Part shown: positions 52,465 through 64,000 of the stretch, piece after piece | Layout of the letters: each line of letters opens with the position of its first letter | Numbering within the stretch: position 1 is the first letter of the stretch | Source: Takakia lepidozioides | Taxonomy: Eukaryota > Plantae > Bryophyta | DNA: 64,000 bases | NCBI GenBank assembly: GCA_030704615.1 | Contig: CM060733.1 | Location: 46,128,001-46,192,000 of the forward strand | Direction of reading: 5' to 3' | Notes under the pieces: generated by a model | Told to the model about the DNA's origin: nothing | Database searches by the model: none | Seen by the model: the letters and a program-made list of their open reading frames with translations, nothing else | Program-made: the position numbers and the translations under genes

Positions 52465-54618
52465 CTAGCACGTGGAGGACACAGTTGAAGATGACAAGAC
52501 ATGGTCCTCTGTTATGATGTCATGCAAAGTAACTGGGGGACTAGTGGTGAAGTATGTGGGCACTGGTTTTGAGCTGGGAACTGGGGGCATGGGGGCATCC
52601 CCGCCCAGAATCTGCATAACCTGCCTCATGGTTGGCCTTGCAGTGGGATCCGGATGTGAACAAAGAAGGCCCACATGAAATACCTTCATCAGTTCATCAC
52701 CTCTGGATTGCTGCCCTCTCAGTCTCGGGTCCACAGCGTCCTCTAGTCTTCCTCTCTTGTGAAAACCCCACACCCAATCGACCAGAACAGTGTCCTCGGG
52801 GCAAACCCCTCTCTCGATGGGGCGTCGCCCAGTGACTATCTCCAGAGCAACTGCCCCGAAGCTAAAGACATCAGATTTCTCCGTCAAAGCTCCCATGTGG
52901 GTGCTCTCAGGGGCCATATAACCAAACGTTCCAACAATTGCAGTAGTTTCTGGGGATTTGTTGTGTTCGCTCAATCTAGCCAGGCCGAAGTCCCCGAGGC
53001 GCGCGTTAAATTGGGCATCTAGCATCACATTGCTGGCTTTCACGTCTCTGTGTAAGACTCTCTGCTCCCACTCTTCATGTATGTACGCCAGAGCTGCTGC
53101 CACACCGGTCACAATTTTGTACCTTTGATCCCAGCCCAACGCACACTCCTTTGGATTTTCAAACAGATGTTTGTCCAGGCTCCCATTTGGCATATAGTCA
53201 TACACCAGCAGTAGCTGGCCTTTGCCATGGCACCATCCCTGCAAGGGTACCAGGTTCCGATGGCGCAGCCGGCTGATGATCGACACCTCCACCAAAAACT
53301 CTCTCTTGCCCTTTGAGTCACCTGAAATGCATTTGACAGCAACCACTGACCCGTCATCTGGAAGCACGCCCTTGTACACACTCCCTGAACCCCCAATCCC
53401 AAGCAACCTTTGTGAGCTGAAGTCCTTGGTAGCACTGCTCAGCTCCTTGTAGGTGAACTTGCGGGGTCCGCAGATGAGGCTGTCAGATCCGGGGTCGTCA
53501 TCGTTGAGATCCAAAGTTGCATTTTCGAGTCTCCGCCTTCTTAGAAAAATGCAGACGATAAATAAAGAGGCTAGAAGCAGCAATCCTCCCATACCTATGC
53601 AAAACCCAGTAACCAGGGCCTCAAATTGGCACTTTAAACCTCTGCCCATGCACCTGGCAGATCGCAAACCCGCCGTAGGAACAGTGGAAGCAAGTGTAGG
53701 GGTTGGAGCAAAAGAGAGTGGGGAAATTCCAGTGCCAGACCCTGGCGGAGGGGCTGATTCAGCTGGAAGCCCACTAACAGCGAATCCCCAGGAGTGGACA
53801 GTGTGAATCTCAACCAAAGAGCCAGTGGAAGCGGAGAAACCCACATACATGTACTCATTGAAAATAGCCGACAGGTTAACAGTGGCATTAAGGAGCGCAG
53901 ACTCTGGTTTGATGAAACAATTCTGGGCCAGTCGAACCTCGAGGAACTGCGTGCTGGCGTCGTAGTCGATCCAGGCAGTAAGGTTTGAACCCTCTGCGAG
54001 ATTCACATTTGCACCTGCCAACGCATCCACAGATTTGATCGAGACCATGCTATCGATGTTTACACCCACGTGATTTGCATTGATGTCACTGAATCTCGTG
54101 TTCTGGAAGGTGTCAAACTCCACTGCGAATGTGCGGGGGCGGGGATTCTGCAGCATGCTATCATTCAACACCCCCAGCCAGCCCCCATAGCTGCCAATCG
54201 AAGTACTATCCGGAACTATGATGAAGGCCAGCCCATCTCCAGACCCATTCCCCGCACTGTCAGCTTGTATGGAAAAACCGAAAGTGGTCTGGAAAGAAGC
54301 GGTGGTGTTCGATGCAGGGTCCCGCATCCGCACCCGGTCTTTGTACACAGCTCTTCCTACACTGAAAGTCACAGGCTCCACAGTAGAGTCGAGTGTAAGC
54401 TCAATATCTCCTTGTCTGATGAACGACGATCCAAGCAAGCACAAATCGTCCTGAGTAAAATCGTGGTACATCAAAAACGAGACATTTTGAGCCAGAGCAT
54501 ACGGAATTAGCAGGTGCGAGACAGACAGAAACACTAGCTGAATAATCCACCCCAATTCCAAACAGGTGGCTCTGCCTTTCGCTCTACATCTCGGCCTACA
54601 TAAATTCGCTCCTTCCAT
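52465..54618 (-). CDS. LecRK: L-type (legume) lectin receptor-like kinase, intronless, 717 aa
   Basis: Signal peptide; lectin motifs GDGLAF, AVEFDT, NHVG, YVGFSASTG; TM segment; kinase HRDVKASN and DFG. Confidence 0.96.
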   Translation of the reverse strand: MEGANLCRPRCRAKGRATCLELGWIIQLVFLSVSHLLIPYALAQNVSFLMYHDFTQDDLCLLGSSFIRQGDIELTLDSTVEPVTFSVGRAVYKDRVRMRDPASNTTASFQTTFGFSIQADSAGNGSGDGLAFIIVPDSTSIGSYGGWLGVLNDSMLQNPRPRTFAVEFDTFQNTRFSDINANHVGVNIDSMVSIKSVDALAGANVNLAEGSNLTAWIDYDASTQFLEVRLAQNCFIKPESALLNATVNLSAIFNEYMYVGFSASTGSLVEIHTVHSWGFAVSGLPAESAPPPGSGTGISPLSFAPTPTLASTVPTAGLRSARCMGRGLKCQFEALVTGFCIGMGGLLLLASLFIVCIFLRRRRLENATLDLNDDDPGSDSLICGPRKFTYKELSSATKDFSSQRLLGIGGSGSVYKGVLPDDGSVVAVKCISGDSKGKREFLVEVSIISRLRHRNLVPLQGWCHGKGQLLLVYDYMPNGSLDKHLFENPKECALGWDQRYKIVTGVAAALAYIHEEWEQRVLHRDVKASNVMLDAQFNARLGDFGLARLSEHNKSPETTAIVGTFGYMAPESTHMGALTEKSDVFSFGAVALEIVTGRRPIERGVCPEDTVLVDWVWGFHKRGRLEDAVDPRLRGQQSRGDELMKVFHVGLLCSHPDPTARPTMRQVMQILGGDAPMPPVPSSKPVPTYFTTSPPVTLHDIITEDHVLSSSTVSSTC

Positions 54619-55881
54619 GCGGGAGCTAACGATGCAACCACTTCAAAACGAGCCCTGGAGAGTTCAATTGTGCACCTCACCCTATGCAATCAAAGGAAAA
54701 TTTGAACTAGGCAAAGAGGCAGCCATGAAGCTCGACGGTCCCAAACCTGCACCAAGGTGCGGATCGACAGACATCTCAGATCCTCAGAGCAGCGAGAGAA
54801 ATCCAAAGAGATAAGAGAGAGACAACGGCTTCCACCTCCGCGGACGCTTCACCGAAGGCGAGCACGTCGCTCTCACACGTGTGGATCAGCACGCGCTCGT
54901 CGGAGTGTGCGTGGCGAGCGCGTCAGAGATCCGTTGAGCGCCTCCGCCAACGGAATTCTTGCCGTCGTCGTCTGTCGCCGTTGCCGTTGCCGTGCCATGT
55001 CGGACGCAGCGGGTGTCCGTTGGGCTCAACGGACGGCGGTCCCCGCCGTCCGGTCCGACGGTTCTGCGCTGGTCAACGACATCCAAATAGGATAATCCAT
55101 TTTGGGCTTTTTTAAGGAAGTTCGTTATCAGTCATGAGCACGTTCATTATTCTGAGATATATTCTTATATTTTAACCACTTTTGGCCCTGCCTTCTCAAG
55201 GGAGGACTAGGCAAAGGGGGGGTTTGGCAAGGCCGAGGAATTTAATTTTTCGAGGAATCTTTTTTTTCGAGGAATCATTCAAGGTTTGACAGATATAAGT
55301 AAATTAGCTTAAATAACGGAGGAATCTGGTGCATGTTTGACAGATACACAATTTATAGAGACACATTGCTTTTGGTGGCGGTAACGCATTGGCGATTTAT
55401 GTCACCGTTGAAAAATTCCGCCAAACATTGACAGATTTGCTTGTCAAAACGTGTGTGCAACAAGGTAGTGTACATGAGCCAACTGTTCATTGACATAAGA
55501 TATTTGGAGGAAAGCCGAGAAAACATACAAGCTTTGCAAGGCAATTGAGACAACAAATTAGAAATATATAGTATTATTGGTCAAAAGCGCGATGTGAGTT
55601 CATGGTTTGCGGCCGTAAGGAACGTTCAACGGCCTCTTCGTCTCTCTTGACTAATGCTCGACAGCCTAGAGGGTGGTGGAAGCTTCAACACTATGAAACC
55701 TTTTCTTGTTCTTGCTTGTTTGTTGATATTACAAATCCAAAATCCCCAAAAACCTATCTCTAAACATCCCTTACCTCCTCTTCATCAAGCTCACATTTGG
55801 AAGTTCATCTTCCCTTCATCCTTTCAACCCAGCCCCTCCCATTAATTTGAGTGGGTCTACACTAGACATAGGATGGGAGTA

Positions 55882-56622
55882 CACTAGACATAGGATGGGA
55901 GTTGAATGTGCGAGTGCTAGGCTTGCCGGTACGATCCCCGGAGCTAACCGCGTGGGCCCGCGGTCAAATCCCCACCCACGATTCCCTAGTGTATGCTTCA
56001 CGCCCATCCGAGGGTCCCACGCTCCATGTTCCCGGTGCGGCACTCCCATGTTCCCATTCCGTCGCTCCCCTGTTCCCGCTGCGGCGCTCCCCTGCTCCCC
56101 GCTCCCCTGTTATTGCTCCCCGCTCTTATGCTCCCCTGTTCTCCGCTCCCCTGTTATTGCTCCCCGCCCTGTTATTGGAGCGGGGAAGCAGTAAAACAGG
56201 GGAGCAATAGCACAAGGGAGCTTGGAGTAGTAACAGGGGAGCGGAACAGGGGAGCGGCAGAGCAATAACACAGGGAACAGGGGAACAGGGGAACAGGGGA
56301 GCGGAGGTACGCTTGAGGGACTTAGAAAATTTTTGGAGATGCAAAAATCTAATGTCAAATCCTTAAACATACGATTTTCATCGCGCCATGGGCGAGATTT
56401 GAAACTAGCACCCCCAAATTACTGGTCAATGCATCCAACCAACAAGCTTCCCAACACTTTCTTGCAACCCCTCAGAATTTTTATGTTTTGTACTATAATA
56501 CAGGCAATAACAGCACGGCGCGGTGGGGATTTGACTGCGGGCCCCGCCAAGGGCGTCCCGGCTTGAGCGACCGTACCGGCAGCCTGGCACACGCGCATTC
56601 AACTCCTATCCTATGTCTAGTG
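55882..56622. mobile_element. Non-autonomous TIR element with CACTAG termini, ~100-bp TIRs and internal inverted motif arrays
   Basis: CACTAGACATAGGATGGGAGTTGAATG..GTCAAATCCCCACC mirrored at 56522-56622. The left 22 bp are tandemly duplicated (55860). No clean TSD. Confidence 0.75.
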
Positions 56623-58689
56623 TGTTCCATTTGAGTGCATGCAAGGCGGAGCCCCAAAATCCTTAACCCCGCTCTCCCACCATGTTGCAACTATAAACTA
56701 TACCTTATGTCAAAGTATGCGCAATTAGACACATGGGTGGACCTAGTGAGCTAAGAAAACAATTCTGCCATGCCCCAGAGTAGGGTCTTCTCAATCGTCT
56801 TTGAAACTCAAAAGACTGCTTTTCAAGCCCTTAAGTTTAATCCACACTTGCAGGGATTCAATGTTATTATTTTCCCATCCATGGTCATCCAAAATGGGGA
56901 ATTGAAATGGCAAGTTGGGGGGGCCCTGAATTGTCTCTATGCCTTACATACCATAATCAATACTTGTTAAATCTTCCATTTTTTTATTTTTTTAAGGGGC
57001 CAGCCCAGCTGTACACATTGCAAACCACTTTGGGGTATTAGATCCACAAATGTGCACAGAAAGTCTCAGGCAAGACTAGAAGGCTATTACAATAGCATCC
57101 AGATCACTTGATCATGATATTAGTTGTGCAAAAATGATTCCAAATTACCAGATTTTGTCATACTTAAGAAAACTACTATTCCATTAGATTGATTGAGGAC
57201 TCTATTTGTAGTGCATGCTTCAATTGTGGAAGACATAATCATATCAAAGCAGACTTAATGGGCTTCCTCCCCTTTCTTTAAATATTATTTTAAACAAGTA
57301 ATTTTATTTATTTTTTAAAACACAGATTGTCAAGAAGGGAAGAATATAAAGAAATCTCATGCAATCAAGATGATTGAGACTAACTCCCCTCTTGATTGAT
57401 ACTTACTCCCCTTTGGACGCCTCTCATTCAAATCTACTCTATAATTCTATTTTCACTACAAATCTTGTTCAAGCCTCTGAATTGGCAATACCATTTAGAA
57501 GTGATATGGACGTTTTAGCTCGACGGTCCCGAGAGCAACCAAAAATCAATAGACAGCTGCATTGACCCAGTGCATCCAGAGGTTGCTGCTGCTAGGCTAA
57601 TCTCAAATGCTAAAGGAAAACATTAGATATAGGATAGATATTCTCCTCATACTTCCCCCCAATGCAATGGCATAAACCCCCGATGTTCCTTGGACTAGTT
57701 CACCAACTCGAACCTCATTACTGGCATTGCAAGCAACCCAATGGTTGTAAAGATTTGTTTGAGATTTAAATCCTTCCTACGTCAGCTTGCTCTTGAAGGT
57801 TGCTCGTAGCTACATTTGAATGAGTATCTACAAGCGTCAAGCTTCCTACATCACCAGGTTGATCTGAAAGTAGACAATTTTGACCCATTCGTTAAAGATT
57901 CAAAACTTGGAAAATCGCATTACATTGGGGAGCAGATGAACGTGTGTGTTATTGCGACAAAGTACAGCATTATGGGAAATTTGTGGACTATGAGAGTTTA
58001 CAACTCACATGGGAAGAATGTTTTTTTTAAAGAATGGTAAGTAATGTAGATTCCAGTGGGAAAGGATACATAATCTTATTGCTATAAGCTGCTGATATCG
58101 ATCCCCAAGATAATCAAGGAAATGTCCTTCATCCTGGTCCATTGGCATCTAAAGAAGTGCGCACATGGTGGTATGAATGTGTCGCTAAGGTAGATGAACC
58201 TTTTCTTGGCATTTAAGAAACACAGCAGAATTGAGAGCGTTCCCACTTAATATATTTTTCTAATTGTGCAGTAATATTTGAAATTATGGACCGTCAGTAT
58301 TAATTTATCCACTAAGTGCTGTCATTATGATCATCTCTGAGTTAGAAGGGTTTTACTACAATTACCATTCTGGCCTAGCACGTGACCTAATCTAGACCAC
58401 TCATAATGAAAGCGCCTTTTAGAGTTTGCATCTGGTTAGTTTAATGTATTTTTCTAGGGGTCCATTTTAGAAAGTGGTTCGAATTAGGTTCATCTACCTT
58501 ACCCTCATTTGGGCCAAAAAGAAAAATCTCACTATTGGAGTGAATGTCATCTCAGTAAAAGCAACATTAGTTGCAATTGCCTCTATTGTGGGACCACTAC
58601 AACCTCCTCTTGGCGTTGCTAACAATTGTGCATCAATATGTTATGAAGTTCTTACAGTAAGAATCTTTATAGCAAATGATAACTAATTC

Positions 58690-59842
58690 TCATTTTATTT
58701 GGCGGAGGCATCCGTCATGATGTTTGTCATCCCATCACTTCATTTGCCACAAAAGCCATTGCCAAGTGAATTGCGGCGACATAGTAGTATGGTAGTTGTG
58801 GTGGTGTGTTTACTCTCAGCATCTATGTCCTAGTAGCTTTTGTAATAGCCACCACTGCAATGTTGCCTATATAGAGGCTTAGAGTGTTAACATTGAGCAC
58901 AACCATTGTGGGTAGGGTTGTGTATGTGATGGTTATGATGGCATTTTCTTTCCGGTTATTCAGATTTGTGTTGCATAGATATGAGTTTTTAAAAAATGTA
59001 TATGAGAATTATGTCTATTTTTAATGGGCAATAAACTTATGCCCAACTTTAATAATCAATCATTTTAGTTTTGTTTACTTTTACTCATATGGATATGAAT
59101 TTTAATATTGTTATGTAGCTGTCCATATATAACATGTTTTCACTCATTAGTATCTAGTTGTATAGCATCCGCGCAATTGTTTCAAACTATTAGAGGAACT
59201 TCATGGGAATGTATACATCGAAAAAACTATAAGATCTCCTATTAAAAGAGCTTGGTGAAATTCGCTTCAAGTTTTTCTTGATGTTTTGCAAGGAGAATAG
59301 AAATTTTCTATTGCAAGCACTATGAACATCTATATGAGTATTACCCGTTTGTTGACATGTGTACATCCATAAACGCATTTGTGAGAGCGGGGTCATTGAG
59401 TAAGTGATAGCTTGTCATTTTATTTGGCGGATGCATCCATCATGATGTCTGTCATCCCATCACTTCATTTGCCACAAAAGCCATTGTCAAGTGAGTTGCG
59501 GCGGTAGTTGTGGCGGTGTGTTTACTCTTAATATCTATTGTATGTGTCCTAGTAGCTTTTGCAGCAGCCACCATTGCATTGGTGCCCATGTGGAGGCCTA
59601 GAGTGCTGACCTTGAGCACAACCATTGTGGGTGAAGTTGTGTATATGATGGTTATGATGACAATGTTCTCTTTCCGGTTGTTCAGACTTATGTTGCATAG
59701 ATATGAGTTTGTTGAAAATGTATATGAGAATTATGTCGATTTTTAATGGTTAATAAACTTAATATCCCCAACTTTAATGATCAATCATTTTAGTTTATGT
59801 TATTTTTGCTCATATAGATATGAATTTTAATATTGTCATCTA
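58690..59842. repeat. Diverged ~430-bp direct duplication (58690-59118 / 59415-59842)
   Basis: TCATTTTATTTGGCGGA..GAATTTTAATATTG occurs twice. Confidence 0.85.
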
Positions 59843-62374
59843 GTCCATGTAGAATCAATCACCAGCCTAGAAGCTTTTCGGTGGCTCTCGAGAGCTTGTA
59901 AGCTGCAACAGCGTCCAGTGTTCATCTTGGATCCCTTTTCTCTTCACACCGATCGACGAATACCGCTAGCAACAGCAACGAAACATGACCCCCGCGGCCC
60001 ATCTGCTTGGCTGGTAAACAAGTTGATAAACATGAAAGAGAGAAAAGAGCTCACCAATAATTGAACACATCAACATCTCAGGCTTGAATAGAATTCTGTT
60101 GAATCCCACTAATTTCTCCAGACGAGACTCTGCTTCCAATTCAACCCAGTCAATTTTGCTTGCAGACCACGCCTATCAGTGATCATTCACCTCCAAGAGT
60201 TTCTTCCACAAAATGAAGAGGTACTTCCAACACAGCTTGTTGCACAATAGGACTTTCCAGCTTAACTTTCTTGTTTGCATTTACAAACATTTGTTCAGTT
60301 TTGCAGTAAGTTGCAAAATTGAAAGGAGTTGTGCAAAAGATTAGAAGGGGCAGGTTGGATCTGTGACTAGGAATACAAGTGCCTTCAACACTATCTCTTG
60401 CCTGTGAAGTATATAGACCTCCATCTTCCATAGATTTCATTAGCTTAAACAAGCCATCTCTATTGATGGTATGTTTCATCCCTGATGCCATGTGAAAAAA
60501 CAAATATGGACTCACCAATGAATCTATGGCAACTTGGTTGGTTGCCCTGGAACGCAATAAGCTGAAAGGTCACTCTTGACAGTCAATCTTGCATCCTCAT
60601 AACTTTGAAATATCTGCAACTCTGATCGGGGTAGAACAAGTTGAAACTCTTTGCCATTACCAAGCCACCTACATTGAAACTTGAATCTCTTCTCTCTCGC
60701 GTACAAAATCGCCATGGCGAACCTTGTATTTCCTCGCGGATCCTATCAATCTCCCTCAACCACACCTAACTCACACCTGTAAAAGTCAAGTAGGTGTTTA
60801 TGTGTGTTCCCTCAACCAAACTTATGAAGCGCATCATGCAAATCTTCTTGAAAGCAACCAAACCTGCGAAATGGACTCGGGAAATTTTACGATATCCCAT
60901 GAGCACTTCTTCCAAGTTCGCATCCCCCAAAGTTGGACTCGTATCCCTCGAAGGTGGACAGTATGACACAAACTCGACGTCATTTTCTCTGCCATGGTAT
61001 AACAACATCTTGGAAATGTTGCCCCTAATCAACAAGCACACAATATACCTCAACACTTTGATAATCTTGGAGACAAACATCCAGTCCAGAAAACAAATGC
61101 ATCAAGTTTTGAAGAAACTTCGTGGGAATGAATACATAAAAAAAAACATAAGATCTCCCATTAAATGAGCTTGGTGAAATTCTGCAAGTTTTTCTTGATG
61201 TAACTTTATTTTAACAAATTTTGGACTATTGGCCGCTTAAATCTGGATCATACGTCTCAAGCCTTCGCTCGCTCTTTCTCATTTTTTACCTTGTTGGCAA
61301 TTGTAGAGTGTTCTTCTCTACCGGCTGTCAAAGATGTTCCTTACACTTCATTTGCGGCAGCGCAGTCACGTCCACGCCCAGATATAGACACAGATGGTCA
61401 CTCTCTGGGCTTGCCCAAGATTATGATCATCTTTTACAAGACCCTCCGCTGACATCTCACGACCCTCTGCTGACGTTTCACACTATATGGACTTTTTTAG
61501 GATGACATGCATTGTGGTGATGCGGCACTGTCCTTTAGTTTGTACCCATATGACTCCAAGTCTAAAGTCCATTCCAAATTCAAGGTCAAAGCCTAGGTTT
61601 GCATCTGTCATTTCTGCCGATCCAAAAGAGATTGATGCATTGCACGAGTTCATTTAATTGAAAGAACAACAAGTGGAGCGACTCCAACATTTTACATCAA
61701 ACTTGGATGCAATTGAGGAGAACATGAAATTGGTAGATAACTTAGAGTATTTTCCAGCAGCAAATCGTACCAATGTTGCCAAAATGACATGGTTTTGGCC
61801 TAATAACGAACAAGTAAATCGAGATCACATGGATGGGTCAACCGATGATATGGAAGAAATGACTACATTTTTTTTTTTCTACCCAATGTTGAACCTCGTC
61901 AATATTTTGGTACAAAACGATTAATCCAAGAGAAGATCACGCAAAGATGTTTCACCTCCGGCCCAAGTGAATCTATTTTCAGAATTTGTCCTGATTTTGT
62001 TGGTATGCTTTCAAGTAGTTTGGGAAAGAGAGGGAAGTTCATACCGCGCAAACACCTTTACTTCGTCTTCTTGAGAAGGATGGTTTGTGATCCAAAGCGA
62101 GACTTCTTCATTCACCAAGCCACTATGAGTTTCAACGAAGTCAACGCACTTCTACAGCGGGATACAAGCCCATAGAAAGCATTCACTTGACACTCCAAAA
62201 TCTGTGTTTTCCTTGACTACAACTTGTAATGGAATGACTGGTCAAGTCCAGTGTCTCTCAATGTATGTCGTCTAACATCTTTGCTATGCGTGGGTCAATG
62301 CATTTATCGCATTGGTATTCTGTTTTCATTAGCAAGCACAAGAAACTACCTTCAGATAGACAGATGATCAAATC

Positions 62375-62606
62375 AACCTCGTGTTAACACGAGGTTTACT
62401 TGGAGTTTTCCAAATCCCCCTTGTGCCGACACAAGGTTGATTTTAGTTCTAAGAAAAGAACATCGTGTTAACACGAGGTTGATATGAAGTTCTCCGAATC
62501 AACCTCGTGTTGACACGATGTTGATTTTAGTTCCAGGAAAACAACCTCGTGTTAACACAACGTTCATTTCAGTTCTAGGAAATGAAGCTCCTGTTAACAG
62601 AAGGTT
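62375..62606. repeat. Six 22-bp palindromes (AACCTCGTGTTAACACGAGGTT) at exact 42-bp spacing
   Basis: Copies start at 62375, 62417, 62459, 62501, 62543 and 62585. Confidence 0.88.
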
Positions 62607-62798
62607 GAACTCCAGGAAAGCCCGAAACCTCGAAATCATGGGACATGCTTGTTTCGTTCCTCACTCAGGTAAGCACATGTATCTTAACTGTTGTGTGAAT
62701 AATTTTGCTTTGGCAACTTGTTCTAGCTTGTCGATGGGATTGATTTCCTGTTGGATCAAGATTGGGCTTGTGACACTGTCTCCTGTTTTTGGCTGTAG

Positions 62799-63790
62799 GT
62801 CACAAAAAGGCCGGATTGGGTGAATGGAGTTCAGCAGGCATACGCGACTGACCTTGTGGTGCTGGACATTCCTGACGGTTTCCCTGTCCCTGATGTGTTG
62901 CCTTCCAATTCAACCCCCACTTGGAACAAATCGGATTCTCGTTACTGGCAGTGGGCCTTCTCATTCAGCAACAAATTCTTTTATGACTCGGGGGCTCTTC
63001 TTCTCATGCAGTCAAAGGACATGTCGGCACGGAGAACTCTTTTCAGCTACATGAAAGCTTCCGGGTTTCGTGTCATCAAAACTTGGACATGCATCAACAC
63101 TTTGCCTCTTACGAAGGGCGAGTTCCCGGGGCAGAAAATGAGTTAATTCTTTTGAATTAAAGTTTAGTGGTTCTGATGTATATGTCAAAAGTTGGTTTTG
63201 TCTTTTGCCTCATGCTCTCTTCGTGATTGTTGACAGACTCGGGTGTTCGAAGCTTTGTGCCTGGTGAGGGTGCGTAAGGACACTCTTCCTCCTGGTATTG
63301 CTGAGTTCCAGTTGAGGGACCTTGCAGCTCACATTGACCCCACCTACGAGCCAATGGAGGATGATGTAATCTTCAGATACGTGGATTCGGGTCGAACCAC
63401 GAAAAGGTCGACTGGTGTCCCTTGGAGAGGTACACGGGAGAAATCCCCAGCTTTCATGCAGACTTTGGTGGAGACATGCAGCCGTCACGGTGGACGAGTG
63501 GTTGACTTGTCTATGGGAACAGGTGGGGCCCTGAACACTGTGTTTGAAATGTGGGCAGTGACCTTAGGGAAGCCTTGTTTTGATTTCTCGTTCATCTTCG
63601 ATTTGCAGGAGCATCTTTTCATGCGTGCAAAAGCGCCGGAAGGCACTTCTTCGGCATGGAGGCTGATACGGAGTTCTTTTCAGCGAGCTTCATCAGCTTG
63701 AGTTGGGCATTACTTCTGCCCCATCCACGGAGGGACTTCTTGAGAAGCCCGAAGCGCCTGACGAGGATCTCGACTCCGATTTTGAGTGTG
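62799..63790 (+). pseudogene. Spliced beta-class N6-adenine/N4-cytosine DNA methyltransferase-like gene, probably degenerate. Exons 62799-63137, 63237-63522, 63609-~63790
   Basis: DLVVLDIPD (DPPY-position motif IV) precedes EKSPAFMQTLVETCSRHGGRVVDLSMGT|GASFHACKSAGRHFFGMEAD (motifs X, I, II), the permuted beta order. The donor at 63138 reads AT instead of GT; probable frameshift near 63680. Confidence 0.7.
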
Positions 63791-64000
63791 AGTAAGTTCG
63801 GCTCTAGTCGTGCAAAATATGTTGCATTTCATTGTGTCATTCCCGTTCGACAGATGGTTGCTTACATTATCTATTTCTGGATGATAACATCTACCACCAT
63901 TCCTCTTCTTGCTTTCCAGAGTTCGGCAGGCGTCATCGAATACGCAGACACCTTTCGGTTTCCAAGGATACTACATGTCCCCGAGTCCCCCTAGAGCTTA

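Noticed and set aside
62375-62606. CRISPR-like array of palindromic repeats
   Set aside because: The spacers are only 20 bp and related to each other, there are no cas genes, and the context is eukaryotic; it is a tandem repeat.

Overview
Eukaryotic nuclear DNA from a land plant, most likely a bryophyte-grade species: genes have spliceosomal introns and the 5S rRNA-derived sequence is of the non-seed-plant type. Genes in order: omega-amidase NIT2/NLP3 (+, 5' end uncertain; its last intron holds an 8.1-kb stack of a non-LTR retrotransposon), mitochondrial ADP/ATP carrier (-), class III peroxidase pseudogene (+), a cyanobacterial-type LptB ABC ATPase with an N-terminal extension (-), an ATL RING-H2 E3 ligase (-), inositol polyphosphate multikinase IPK2 with a U12 AT-AC intron (-), a filament-like plant protein (+), tRNA-Glu, and an L-type lectin receptor kinase (-). 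The last 7 kb is decayed and transposon-like and encodes a spliced beta-class N6A/N4C DNA methyltransferase-like protein. Most notable: (i) an APE-RT LINE that always sits at (GA)n/(TC)n, stacks into its own tails, and has produced a TSD-flanked 5S rRNA + LINE-tail chimera (candidate plant SINE3); (ii) the nuclear LptB; (iii) the methyltransferase-like gene with a 42-bp-phased palindrome array; (iv) a possible new exon created by tandem duplication plus templated filler DNA. All coordinates and family assignments were made by eye; no searches were run.
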